Counted from the first letter of the stretch, positions 1 to 12,005 are shown. The stretch is 64,000 nt of DNA from Octopus sinensis (GCF_006345805.1 NC_043022.1:6200001-6264000); one strand, 5' to 3'. Made by a program: numbers and translations. The notes: generated by a model not told the origin, from the letters alone.

Positions 1-289
1 TATGTGTGGCATACATTACTCAAATGCTGTATGTGTCTATTTTTGGTATATGTTTGAAGTGATGGGCAAGGATGGAAATTCATACAGACACACATATATG
101 ATGAGCTTCTTTTTGTTTCTTTCTACTAAATCCGTTCACAGTCTATGGCTGTAGTGGAAGATACTTAACCAGAGTGCTGCACGGTGATATTGAACTCACA
201 CCCATGTGGTTGCCAAGCAAACATCTCGACCACACAGCCCATGCTTATGCCCCCTCCATCCATCTCTGAGTCACTTGGTGTCCCTGTTG

Positions 290-505
290 GCGATGGTACC
301 ATGTAATGTAAAAACAAAAAAATACCCTGTCCACTCTGTAAAGTGGTTGGCATCCGTAAGGGCACCCAGCTGTAGAAACCTAGCCAGAACAGCTGGCTGG
401 AGCCTAGTGCCCCCTTCCCCCCAGCCTGGTGCCAGCTCCTGTCGAATTGTCCAATGCATGTCAGTTTCCGAAACGGACATGAAATGACGATGATGATGAT
501 GTAAA
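290..505 (+). mobile_element. RTE-type LINE 3' UTR/tail fragment
   Basis: gtaagggcacccagctgtagaaacc...gatgatgatg matches the tail attached to the RTE RT remnant at 37200-37750. Confidence 0.65.
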
Positions 506-1376
506 CATCCATGCGCAATTCATATGCACATGATTTTTGTCAAGTGGTATTGTCACTTGAATGACAGGAAATGAGACGAATTGGGTTTTGGTTGTTTTGG
601 AAAGACTTGGAGGCAACGGCTGGTGCCATTGTTGTGAAGATGGAGCACGAAAGAGCAGTGATGATGCCGGAACACTTATATGGCAAGCATGAAACAAAGA
701 TGGTGGTGGTGGTGGTGATGAAATGCAATTCAACAGGGTCATAGTTTCACAGCGTCAGAGCATAAGAGAGTCTTTTATTATAAAAGTTGTGTCATAAAAC
801 GGAATCCTTATATGGTTATTTGTTTTTGTCAATTGTGGCATCAGATTAAATATGGACATTTGACATTTCATTCAGTTTTACGCAACACAAATACAGAGTT
901 AGAAAATTTTAAATATGTTTTTTTTTTTCCTTTCAATGTACAAAGAGGATAACAAGATGTATTTACATCTGTTTCTAGTTCTATCTTGAAAAGACTTAAA
1001 ACCCGTAGGTTATCTACTTTAAAATTAGTTTTTCTAATACATACTGCATTTGGACATAAGTATTTATCATTATTTAACCAATCTCACTGACAAACATGCA
1101 ATATGCAAATTAGTCTTGCTATTTTGACTAAGTTCTGGTTTGTGGCGGACTTAAATAGCAATTTACCTGTAAGTTCTCTTCATAGGTGAAAGAATGAAAG
1201 ATTATTTGTCCACTGATGAGAAACATCAGGGCAATCTCCTTTATTTTTTTTCTATGTAGAAAGGGAATATCAAGATGCATTTACGTCTATTTACAGTTCT
1301 TTAGCAAAAAAGGATTTAAAACCTTAGTTTATACACTTTATCTTAAGTTTTCTAATATATACTGTGTTGTGCCTAA

Positions 1377-1418
1377 TATTTATTATTATTATTATTTTAT
1401 TATTATTATTATATTATT

Positions 1419-1464
<46 letters not shown>

Positions 1465-1485
1465 GAATAATAATAATAATAATAA
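1377..1485. repeat. (ATT)n microsatellite
   Basis: Direct reading. Confidence 0.95.
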
Positions 1486-2061
1486 ATCATCATTATTAGC
1501 AGACTGGCAGAATCGTTAACACTCCAGGCAAAATGCTTTGTGGCATTTTCTCTCTCTTTGTGTTCCGAGTTCAAATTCTGCTGACGTCAACTTTGCCTTT
1601 CCTCATTTCAGGATTGATAAGATAAGGACCAGTTGAACCCTGGAACCAAAGAAATTGATTTACCCTTTTTGTTGTTGTTATTATTATTATTATCATCATC
1701 ATCATTACTATTATCATTTTAAGTCTCTGCAGCTTAATTTGACATCTTGGGCAAGTTATTGCCTAAGATCAATGTGCAATGGGCTTAAAATGTGTCATGA
1801 TACATCAAAACAATTTCAGTTGATGAAACAGAACAATAGAAGAATTATATTTTATTTGTTATGCTTATATTTTACAACGACTGTTAAACTGCTGAGAATG
1901 TGTGTGTGTGTGTGTGTGTGTGCGCGTGTGTGTGTATACACATATATACATAAAGACAATTTTGATTATATAACCAGATATGTGTAAGATGAAATTTTTT
2001 TTTATTTTCTTTTAATTTGGTGAGATGCACCCCTCTGTGTGTGTGTGTGTTTTTGTTTGAG

Positions 2062-2111
2062 ATGCAGGTGCTGGGGGGCTCATATGTCCTCCATATGAGT
2101 CATATGACGAA
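2062..2111 (+). CDS. RAP1GAP: Candidate upstream Rap1GAP exon (..AGAGGLICPPYESYDE)
   Basis: PYESYDE resembles PYPSVHE, which precedes the next exon in vertebrate Rap1GAP; acceptor tttgtttgag or atgcag; needs a GC donor at 2112. Confidence 0.45.
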
Positions 2112-2397
2112 GCAATGAGATCTCTCTCTATGATATACATTACTCAAATGCTACTACAAACAACCACCACTGCACTGCTACCACCGGAGTCCTCGTTAAA
2201 ACATCTCCAAATGTCCACATGTATTCATACATGTGGTTTCATAAATGTAACAGACTTTCAGTTCAGTTCCCAAAATACATTCGGTGCTTTTCAATCAACA
2301 TTTCACGTTGACCCCTTCCCCTTTGTAGTGTTTAATTTTCAGTAAAATGAAACATTGTCCCCTTTGTTTAAACAATGATTATTTTGTTGGTATTTAG

Positions 2398-2550
2398 ATG
2401 CTGTCCAGACCTGGGCCTTACCCCATGATCGTTCAGATGCAAGCAAATGGTTACCGGCTGGAAGAACCGAGCCACAACCCTGGCAAGGTCAAGTTAGAGA
2501 CTTCAAAGTTTGAAGATGCGAAAGTATACCGCAAAGATTTTCGTGGTAAA
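2398..2550 (+). CDS. RAP1GAP: Rap1GAP exon, MLSRPGPYPMIVQMQANGYRLEEPSHNPGKVKLETSKFEDAKVYRKDFRGK
   Basis: tatttag acceptor, gtaagt donor, phase 0/0; homologous to VLGREGPFP...ARIYRKHFLGK. Confidence 0.9.
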
Positions 2551-3120
2551 GTAAGTGTTCCATTTTAAAATCGTTTCCCTTCTTTTTTTTTTCTGTTTGG
2601 TGAGACAAAGAAGGGCGGCACTGATGGTCCATTGCAGAATGACATTGTCGGGTAAGTGTAAAAGGCCAGACCTAGCCAGTTTGAACATAAAACAGGTGGA
2701 ATATTTGGGCAGGATGTAGCGGAGTCGATCCCTTAACATTTGGTCCCCTCTCTTGATTCTAAATCTTATTTATTTACATCCCTCTCTCTCTTTCGGAGAG
2801 GCACAAGCACCTACACGCACACCTACACACACGGCAGTAACTTCCACCTACCGAATTCAATCACTAAGCTCCAGTCGGCCTGGGGCTATAGTGGAAGACA
2901 CGTACCCAAAGTGCCAGGCAGTGGGACTGAACCCGAAACCATGTAGCTAGGAAGCAAGCTCCCACATCGTTTTCGCTTAATCCTTCATTATCTTCTGGCT
3001 TCAAGATTTCTATGATGTGATTGTATGTTTTTAGAAAGACATTGTAGGGTAGGTGTGAGAGATCAGATTTGGCCAGACTGAACAAAACAGGGGTAGAATC
3101 TAAGCACTGGATATGGCTAA

Positions 3121-3407
3121 TTCAACCCTTTAGAATTCAAATTAATCTGTCAAATGTAATACTTATTTATTACATTAATCATGGATTATCTCAGAGCTTC
3201 AAGATTTTGATGATGTGATTGTTTATTTTTAGAATGACATTGTAGGGTAGGTGTGAGAGGCCAGATGTGGCTGATTTGAAGATAAAACAGTTGCAGTATT
3301 TGGGCAAGGCATTGGTTGGTCCAGAGCAGTTACCCCGGGTGCCAGACAGTAGGACTGAACCTGAGATCAGATGGTTGATGCTTGTACCTCCACAGAACAA
3401 AGGTTAA
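3121..3407. mobile_element. piggyBac-like MITE (family PB2) with internal insert
   Basis: Body matches 5010-5239; ends aaggttaa; carries a 95-bp foreign insert. Confidence 0.6.
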
Positions 3408-3589
3408 ATGGTTAGTCCATTGGTGTAACGCAACCACCTGTTCCTTGGAGCCTTAAATGGAATTGCTTCAGATCAAGGTTTTCAGCCTGGGAATAAATTC
3501 CATGAACAAGTACCAGTTGAACACTGGGGTCGATGTAATCAACTCGTCCCCTTGCCCAAAATTGCTGGCCTTGTGCCAAAATTTGAAAC

Positions 3590-3590
<1 letters not shown>

Positions 3591-3646
<56 letters not shown>

Positions 3647-3714
3647 CATTATTATTATCATTATCATTACTATTACTATTATTATTATATTATTACTATT
3701 ATTATTATTACTAC

Positions 3715-3753
<39 letters not shown>

Positions 3754-3755
3754 TA

Positions 3756-3786
<31 letters not shown>

Positions 3787-3790
3787 TTAT
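3591..3790. repeat. (TAT)n/(TAC)n microsatellite abutting a splice acceptor
   Basis: Direct reading. Confidence 0.95.
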
Positions 3791-3809
3791 TTTGTTTATT
3801 TATTTTCAG

Positions 3810-3913
3810 GAACATATTAATTACATAATGTATGATGAAACCATTGGACCAATTGTGATGTCAATAAAGTTAGAAAATACGTCTTCACCAGAACAGATTT
3901 ACATTATATTAAG
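3810..3913 (+). CDS. RAP1GAP: Rap1GAP exon, EHINYIMYDETIGPIVMSIKLENTSSPEQIYIILR
   Basis: ttttcag / gtaaag, phase 0/2; homologous to EHFNYYSLD...LRLLLR. Confidence 0.92.
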
Positions 3914-4176
3914 GTAAAGAAAATCTCTCTTTAATTACTGTTTATCTAATTAACAGAATCCGGTCCAGGACCCACCTCCCACCCGTATATTCCCAATTTG
4001 AACCAGAATCATTAACATCTCCAGAACTTTTTTCTTCTTCTTTTCCTCCTCCTCCTCCTCCGAATTAATAAATTGACCCCTGAACTTGACTTTTACTTTT
4101 TATTGACCCAAGAAGAGCAAACCTGAAGTCTCACCCTTGGTGGGATTTGAACTTGTAACACAAAGGGTTGTAACTT

Positions 4177-4553
4177 GGAGGTGCAATGGCCCAGTGGTTA
4201 GGGCAGCGGACTCGCGGTCGTACGATCGCGGTTTCGATTCCCAGACCGGGCGTTGTGAGTGTTTATTGAGCGAAAACACCTAAAGCTCCACGAGGCTCCG
4301 GCTGGGTGGTGATCCCTGCTGTACTCTTTCGCCTCAACTTTCTCTCACTCTTTCTTCCTGTTTCTGTTGTACCTGTATTTCAAAGGGCCGATCTTGTCAC
4401 TCTCTGTGTCACGCTGAATATCCTCGAGAACTACGTTAAGGGTACACGTGTCTGTGGAGTGCTCAGCCACTTACAAGTTAATTTCACGAGCAGGCTGTTC
4501 CGCTGATCGGATCAACCGGAACCCTCGTCGTCGTAACCGACGGAGTGCTTCCA
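4177..4553 (+). mobile_element. tRNA-derived SINE, family C, full length
   Basis: A box tggcccagtgg, B box ggtttcgattcc; further copies at 51106, 52959, 63755; resembles published octopus tRNA-derived SINEs, exact name not assigned. Confidence 0.85.
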
Positions 4554-4853
4554 ACTTGATATCACAAGTCTTTTGCCTGCTCTTTCTGTCCATCCACTGT
4601 TTTGAGCACAGAATGAATGTCACAGCTTCCTGTTGCCAGCGTCCACAGAACCTGCTGTTTATTTCATTTGTGAGCCTGAGTCAAGCTTGCTCAAAATCAG
4701 GTTTGGGATTAACTAGGTTGATTGACCCTTGACCCCATCCATGTTGACTGACCTTTGACACAATTTCAGTTAGATTTATTCGAGTTTCATCTTCTATTGA
4801 TTTATTGATTCTGTCACTGTTCATTTATCGATTGCTCTATTGATCTTTTGTAG

Positions 4854-4929
4854 GACACGGCAGTTTACAAAACGGAAACTCGTTCAGTTCAATAGAAATG
4901 ATAATCCGACACCGCAGAGTCTAGCAAGG
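4854..4929 (+). CDS. RAP1GAP: Rap1GAP exon, TRQFTKRKLVQFNRNDNPTPQSLAR
   Basis: ttttgtag / gtaaat, phase 2/0; same length and phase as the homologous TKCRTYHD...QMAK exon. Confidence 0.85.
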
Positions 4930-5009
4930 GTAAATATGGACCCTTTACTTCGATTTTAACTTTATTCATTTTCCTTCACAATGTTGGTGGTGTTGTTGTT
5001 GTTGTGAAC

Positions 5010-5239
5010 TTAACCCTTTAGTGTTTACATTATTCTGCCAAAATGAATCCTTTTTTCATCCACATTGTTTTGAACTAATCATGCATTATCTTGTAGCTAT
5101 GAGATTTTGATGAGGTAGCTGTTAATTTTTAAAACGATATTGTAGGGTTGGTGTGAGAGACCAGATCTGGCCAGTTTGAACATAAAACAGGCAGAATACT
5201 TTTGGCCGGATATGGCCGGTTTAAATGCTAAAGGGTTAA
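5010..5239. mobile_element. piggyBac-like MITE (PB2)
   Basis: TTAA-CCCTTTAG...CTAAAGGG-TTAA termini. Confidence 0.75.
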
Positions 5240-5284
5240 TCAAAAGTGATTCCATTCCCATTTCTAAACATTCACACACACATC

Positions 5285-5630
5285 TTTTTATCTTGTTTCA
5301 GTCATTTAATTGTGGCCTAGCTGGAGCACCACCTCGAAGGGTTTTGGTCAAACAAATTGACCCCAGGCCTTACTTTTTCTATCGGCTTCTTTTGCCAAAC
5401 AGCTAAGTTACAGGGACATAAACATACCATCACCAGGTGTCAAGCACTGGTGGGGAACAAACATACACACACACACAAATATATATATACAACGGGTTTC
5501 TTGGGGTTTCTGCCTACCAAATCCACTCACAAGGTTTTGATCAGCCTGAGGCTTCTGTAGAAGACACTTGCTCAAGGTGCCATGCAGTGGGACCAAAATG
5601 CCCCAAGTGCCATGCAGTGGGACCAAATTC
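5285..5630 (-). mobile_element. tRNA-derived SINE, family A (degenerate)
   Basis: Reverse match to ggcgcaggagtggctgtgtgg...gactgaaacaagtaaaaga family. Confidence 0.75.
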
Positions 5631-5890
5631 TCTCGCAAGGCATTGGTTGGTCCAGAGCAGTAGTACAAGGCAGTTACCCCGGGTGCCAGACAGTAGGACT
5701 GAACCTGAGATCAGATGGTTGATGCTTGTACCTCCACAGAACCAGGCTTATTTCAGCAACAAACAAATGAAATAACCTACACCAGCAGCAGTCAAAGTCT
5801 CCCTCAAATCTCGAGCCAATAACAGGAGCCTCTGTACAGTTACTAAACCTGCTAGAAACAGCAGTCGAATCTCTTTTTAGTATCATAGGG

Positions 5891-6144
5891 CAGTGCCTCT
5901 CAAACTATCTGATGTGGCATACCAGCATTTTTTTCAATGTGCCAGGGACTGGAAATATTTCTTGGTAATATCAATTTATACCGGAAACTATAAGGAATAT
6001 AATTAAAGTTTATTTTGTAAACAAATGATACAATCTTACATAAGCATTTTATGTTTCTTTCTTTTCTGGAAACTCGACGTGTACCGGCATCTGATGGCTC
6101 ACGGACCAGCACCGGTCCACAGACCACTACTTTGAGCAGCACGG
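5891..6144. mobile_element. hAT-type MITE
   Basis: TIRs cagtgcctctcaaact / actttgagcagcacgg; 8-bp flanks tcataggg / ccataagg (6/8). Confidence 0.6.
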
Positions 6145-6979
6145 CCATAAGGTGTGAATTTAGAGCGATTTGGCTTCTATTTCTAGCCTTGTGAACGACT
6201 GGGTTCAGTGGATATATATGGATATACCTTTGTGGGCATATCAGACGCACTTAGTCCCAAAACATACCATGGGCCCTATGCAAAGTTGGGCCTACCATAA
6301 GCTTTAATATACAAAAGAAAAACCCTATTTTCCTTAATATGCCGAAGTTGGGAGACGTTTAATATGTCTGCGGCTCTGATGCCATCAAAGATGACCGTTA
6401 AAAAGATTTGGAGGAAAAGACTTCGCAAACGGTTCGTCAAAGTTGTCTCCCTTGTGTTGAGAAAACTGTTTTGAGATTTGCTTTTTTTTCAAAGATGGTT
6501 TAAGATTGATGTGTGAACCAGCGAAATTACTGAGCGGTGTTGCATTCATTAAAATTAAAATGATACTTTATTAACGAGCCATGGCAAGTTCACACACACA
6601 GAGTCTCTCTCTCTCTCTCTCAGTTACGCACACACACATACACATTCTCTATCTCACACACGACCACTCTCTCGCAATTTTAGATTAAACAGATTGACTG
6701 CAGCTAGTTTCCACAAGTTGGTTATTTTAACAAAAAAATTATCAAGGGTGTAAAAATGGCTGGTAAATCACAATTTGATTAAAAACAATACCAATTGTGG
6801 AAAATCTGATTTCTGTATATTTGTTTTCAAAAGAAATTGCTTCCTACATTTTACAGGGTGAAAAACCATTCTCACTCTTCTTGCTCCTTTTTGTCCCCTC
6901 TCAGTTGACAATTTTACTAGAATTGGTAAAATGTAGTTTCATATCAACAGGCTGTAGGGATGTTAGCTGGGGATCACAG

Positions 6980-7025
<46 letters not shown>

Positions 7026-7028
<3 letters not shown>

Positions 7029-7415
7029 TCTTTCTCTTTTACTTGTTTGAGTCATTTGACTGCAGCCATGCTGGAGCACCGCCTTTAGTCGATCAAATCG
7101 ACCCCAGGTCTTATTCTTTATAAGCCTAGTACTTATTTTATCGGTCTCTTTTTGCCGAACCGCTAAGTTACGGGGACCTAAACACACCAGCATCGGTTGT
7201 CAAGCAATGCTAGGGGGACAAACACAGACACACAAACACGCATATATATATACATATATACGACAAGCTTCTTTCAGTTTCCGTTTACCAAATCCACTCA
7301 CAAGGCTTTGGTCGGCCCGAAGCTATAGTAAAAGACACTTGCCCAAGGTGCCACGCAGTGGGACTGAACCCGGAACCATGTGGTTGGTAAGCAAGCTACT
7401 TACCACACTGCCACT
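7026..7415 (-). mobile_element. SINE family A, full length
   Basis: tRNA-like head with B box ggttcagtccc, central (TA)/(TG) tract, aaagag tail. Confidence 0.9.
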
Positions 7416-8575
7416 ATATACACACACACAATGCAAGAAGGTAGAAACGAAAAGAAGACAGAACAACGTTGCAGCTTTATTTTGTATTTCGGGATGAAGG
7501 CCCTCTCTTCAGGACATTTAGAAAATTAGTGGTGGAAGAGCAGCAAGTTTTTTCCAGCCACCACTTTTCCGAATGTCCTGAAGAAAGGGGTCATCCCCCA
7601 CAAAATATAGAAATACAGAATAAAGCTGCAACGTTGTTCTGTCTTCTTCTCATTTGTATTTTGCTTCAAACTTTCTGCGTTGTTCCAGCTTTATGCAACC
7701 ACATTCTTTAAATTACACCTCACAATGCTTCACAAAAGCTACCTCATCTTTATATGTGTGTGTGTGTGTTAGCTGGTGATTAAGGGTTGCAGCGCCCCTT
7801 TTTTATTTTTTTATTTTTTTTTTGTGGTTCCTCTTTATTTTAAATGCAGCCCTTCTCTCCGTTTCCCCCGTTTAAATTGAAGTCTAAATTGGAATCCTAG
7901 AATTTTTTATCCCCCCAAGATGAAGCCATTCCGACCATAAACCGTCTCGTCTTTTCGGGGATATTCATTCCACAGTGTTCTTCTTTTAGAGGAGCAAGAG
8001 ATGAGATGAACAAGAATTGGTTGCCATGTTTCTTATTTTGAGAAACCACCAGGAGGCGCTCTCGTTAACAGTTAGGCATTTAGTAGCGAGGGGAAATAAC
8101 TCTTACCTAAATATTTTCCAACTCAACTTATTTTTGAATCTTTTCATTTTTTTTTATTTATTTATCGATCTGTTTATGGCATCGAGATAAAATTTTGGCT
8201 GCTGTTCCTGAAATAAAAAATTAATAATATGAAGAAAAAAATATATGAAATAGGGCGGTTATTATTTGAGTGCTTTTCAATATAGGTCTATGGCAAGGAC
8301 TCCCAACCATTTTTTACCTAGGACCTCCTTTGGTTCCTCTTTTATTCTGCTGGACCCTTGTAGCCATTCAAAGTTTTAACAAATATTACTGTTAATAAGA
8401 TTTTATAGTTTGCTTGAAGCATTCTATATGGAATATAGCGTTGAAAGATTTAAAAGGCCAAGCAATACAAATAGATTTTAAGATGAGGTAACGACAAAAA
8501 CCATCTTTCCAAGCACAGTTTCTTTTTAACCCTGAAGAAGGGACTTGTATGACCTGAAATATTGGATACATATAC

Positions 8576-8784
8576 GACCAAAGATTACCAGGTAACTTAA
8601 TTTGAGTTTACCTCACCGACCAAAGATTACCAGGTAACTTGATTTGAGTTTACCTCACCGACCAAAGATTACCAGGTAACTTGATTTGAGTTTACCTCAC
8701 CGACCAAAGATTACCAGGTACCTTGATTTGAGTTTACCTCACCGACCAAAGATTACCAGGTAACTTAATTTGAGTTTACCTCAC
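8576..8784. repeat. Tandem repeat, 5 x 42 bp, between ~50-bp inverted arms (8439-8491, 8784-8833)
   Basis: Unit gaccaaagattaccaggtaacttgatttgagtttacctcacc at 8576, 8618, 8660, 8702, 8744. Confidence 0.9.
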
Positions 8785-9096
8785 CTCATCTTAAAATCTA
8801 TTTGCATTGTTTCACCTTTTAAATCTTTCAACGTTAAATATTACTGTATTTTTATAATTAAATATTATTAGGAATTGTATGGAAAAAGTTTAAATATTTT
8901 GTGCATTGCAGAAGAATAAGTAATTTATTGCACAAATTTTAATAACGAAGTCTTACATGGATAACACCCATCCCTGTGTCGTATGAACTCTGGTTGAGTA
9001 CCCCTGGTCTATGGAAGCTGAACTGACTTGGGGGTTAAACAACAACATTTTTATGTATATATATTAGATTGATAGACAGACAGAAAGATAAATAGA

Positions 9097-9305
9097 TACA
9101 TGATGGGGGCTAGAAAGTTTGGGGCTTTAAGGGTGTCACAAAAGGCCTGGTTGGAGACCCGGCCTTTCAAGTTCTTTCAGTGATCTTTGAAAAACTGAAG
9201 GACCACTGTAATAAGTGTGTGAATTTGAGAAGGCAATATGTTCAATAAAATCATAATTAACTGATCCTCTTGCCTATTCTTTTACCCAAAGCACCCCCTC
9301 ATGTA
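9097..9305. mobile_element. Tc1/mariner-type MITE
   Basis: TA-flanked; reverse complement of the copy at 28240-28450. Confidence 0.6.
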
Positions 9306-9315
9306 TGTGTGTGTG

Positions 9316-9354
<39 letters not shown>

Positions 9355-9613
9355 TACACACATATATATCAGGACGCCATGATAGATCGTAAGCTCCTAC
9401 ACGCATTTTTTTCTCTCCTTGTTTTTTTCTGTGTATCTTTCTGTTGAAGAGCGTAGGCTCAAAACGTAAAAGACTTGTTCTATTTCTATTCCTGAGCGCT
9501 ATACTAATACATTTGTTTGTTTGTACTCCACCTGCCTTCATCTTTTGTTTATTTCATAAACTTTCCCTTTATATATATATTACATGACTCTAGTATCTGT
9601 TTGTTTATTTCAG

Positions 9614-9667
9614 GCCCTTCTTGATGAAATAAATGTTGAAAGGTTTTCACCTTCCTTATCACTCAAG
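9614..9667 (+). CDS. RAP1GAP: Rap1GAP exon, ALLDEINVERFSPSLSLK
   Basis: tttcag / gtaagt, phase 0/0; homologous to LVCEDVNVDRFYPVLYPK. Confidence 0.92.
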
Positions 9668-10476
9668 GTAAGTCTCAATATGTTTCTGTCTTTAATTACC
9701 AATATTTTCTTTCCTCTCTCCCTATTTCCACACACACACACACACTTTAGGTAATACAGTGGAGTAAAGGATGATTTTAGAATCAACAGTTCCCAGTCTT
9801 AGGGTGCACAACTTAAATTGGGAGTCACAATGCAACTTTGAAATGGTCATAAATTCAAAATCTTGAACTGTTTGAAATATCTGGGAAAATGATCAGAGAG
9901 AGAGAATCGGTGGCATGAGAGCCACAACACAGCATTTACTGGAGGTTTTATTATGCTATATTACAAGAAATTCTACATACAATGTTCAGTAACATGCACT
10001 AGAGAGACATGAGGTCCACAACACAACATTTACTGAAAACCCCAAACAGAAATATTTTCCAAAGAAAAGTATCTGCTCTGCTATATTATTATTATTGTCT
10101 TGCAAATCCACTCTCAAGACTTTGGTTGGACTGGTGCTGTAGTAGAAGACCCTTGCCTAAGGTGCCACACAGTGGGACCGAACCCAGAACCATGTGGTTG
10201 GGAAGCAAACTTCTTACCACACAGCCATGCCTGTGCCTATAACCCAAAAGTTTTGGAGAAATCTATTGTTATCACTTGGGGGTTCCAGCTTTATAATGGT
10301 TCATCTGGTTATTGAATCAAGATATGTTTGAGGATTTAAAGGAAAGAGAAGTTGCTATCGTCCAAAAGTCTTTTAGCCAAATGTTTAGTCTGGAGTTGGA
10401 AATGGGGACACGTGGACAGAGAGTCAGCTAGACATAGACACGCGTATTATAATTTCTATTTGAACTTCTTTTACAG

Positions 10477-10560
10477 GCATCTGACCTAATCATGGATTAT
10501 GATGAACATGTTTTGTGTACTACTTATAAGTTTGGCATCATTTACCAACGTTTTGGCCAG
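10477..10560 (+). CDS. RAP1GAP: Rap1GAP exon, ASDLIMDYDEHVLCTTYKFGIIYQRFGQ
   Basis: ttacag / gtaaga; RapGAP motif DEH..KFG.IYQ. Confidence 0.97.
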
Positions 10561-10627
10561 GTAAGATCATTTTCTATGACTTTTGTTTTACCTTCACTTT
10601 TGTCTTTCAAGTTCCTGTCCATCTACG

Positions 10628-10856
10628 ATAGAGCTGGCAGAAACGTTAGCATGCCGGGCGGAATGCTTAGAAGTATTTCGTCTGCCACTACGTTCTGAGT
10701 TCAAATTCCGCCGAGGTCGACTTTGCCTTTCATCCTTTCGGGGTCGATTAAATAAGTACCAGTTACACACTGGGGTCGATATAATCAACTTAATCCGTTT
10801 GTCTGTCCTTGTTTGTCCTCTCTATGTTTAGCCCCTTGTGGGCAGTAAAGAAATAG
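10628..10856 (+). mobile_element. SINE family B
   Basis: gagctggcagaaacgttagc...gagttcaaattcc...gcctttcatcctttcggggtcgat...aaagaaatag. Confidence 0.85.
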
Positions 10857-10884
10857 ATAATTAAGAGAAAGCATAATTTATTGG

Positions 10885-11191
10885 ATACTAGCAGTATCGC
10901 CCGGCGTTGCTCGGGTTTGTAAGGGAAATAACTATATAACCATTTTTAGAGAGTTATTTCCCTTATATAATAGCAAAAAAATGCATTAAAAATGGGGAAA
11001 AATTATGGTAAATTATTTTTAAAATCGTAGACCCATCGTAGACGCGCGCTAATACCCAGAAGGGCTCGATATGAATCACGACTATAAGATACCCGGTTTT
11101 GGTTAAACTGCACCGCAAAATGTAGGAGTAGTTAGGAATCTAAATCGTAGGAGACAGACACTCACACAACTTCACTTTTATATATAAAGAT
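10885..11191 (+). mobile_element. Helentron-associated non-autonomous element (HINE/DINE-like)
   Basis: 5' tactagcagtatcgcccggcgttgctcggg hairpin; 3' gacagacac...ttttatatataaagat; second copy at 59829. Confidence 0.6.
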
Positions 11192-11693
11192 TTGCAATTC
11201 TAGATTTCTAGGTGAGGAAATCGAGACTTTGGAGATTTCTTCAAGAATTTCTTGAGCCGCGTTTTAACCTTTCACCTTTCACCTCAGATGGGGGTCAGTG
11301 ACTACAGACCAACTTGTAGCAAACAGTATTGCATTGAACATTTCTGTTGTAACAAAGATGGCCTTTCTTTAAAATTCTGATGATTCCATTTTAAAATTTA
11401 CAAACTGAAATTTTTTTTTATTCCATTTTATTGAAAAAAAATAGATGAAGTAAAAAAAAAATGAAAACTTGATCCTTTTTCCCAACTCCTTAGTAAAAAT
11501 TCTATGAAATATATTTTATAAGGATGCATTAGGTTTTGTATTAACAGGTTCCTTATCCAAACCCTAAATATATTAAGGTGCTTCTTCTCTAGTTATTGCT
11601 TTCAGTCTCTTGAATGGTTCTCTATTTCTGTGTGAAAGTCTTTGAAATTCAATGTTTTATATATTTCTGGAAATAACAGGAATTTCACATCAA

Positions 11694-11919
11694 TTAACCC
11701 TTCAGCATTTGAACCACCCATAATCAGCACAAATATTTAATGTTTTGTGTTCAAACTGGCCAGATCCAGCCTCTCACACCTACCATACAATGTCATTCTA
11801 AAAATAAACAATAACATCATTGAAATCTAAAAGCTTTGCGATAATCCATGATTAATTCAAAACAATGTGAAGAAATAAGGATTACATTTGACAAAATAAT
11901 CTGAATGCTAAAGGATTAA
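11694..11919. mobile_element. piggyBac-like MITE (PB2)
   Basis: TTAACCCT...AGGATTAA; body matches 14081-14309. Confidence 0.7.
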
Positions 11920-12005
11920 AGAGATACTGTGATAATCCCTTGTATAAACTGTTGTTACAGAAATGGGAGATTAACTGGGGTTTTTTTTTTATTTGAATTC
12001 TTTAG

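Noticed and set aside
3457-3809. Poly-Leu/Ile/Tyr ORFs
   Set aside because: Translations of the (TAT)n microsatellite; only 3810-3913 is exonic
4177-4250. tRNA gene (also the heads of SINE A and B)
   Set aside because: A and B boxes are attached to repeated SINE bodies; no complete cloverleaf
8576-8784. CRISPR-like regular repeats (also 14651, 17095, 20387)
   Set aside because: Head-to-tail units with no unique spacers, no cas genes, eukaryotic context
9440-9480. Hammerhead-like ttgaagagcgtaggctcaaaac
   Set aside because: Core lacks C3 and G12 and no stems I/III form
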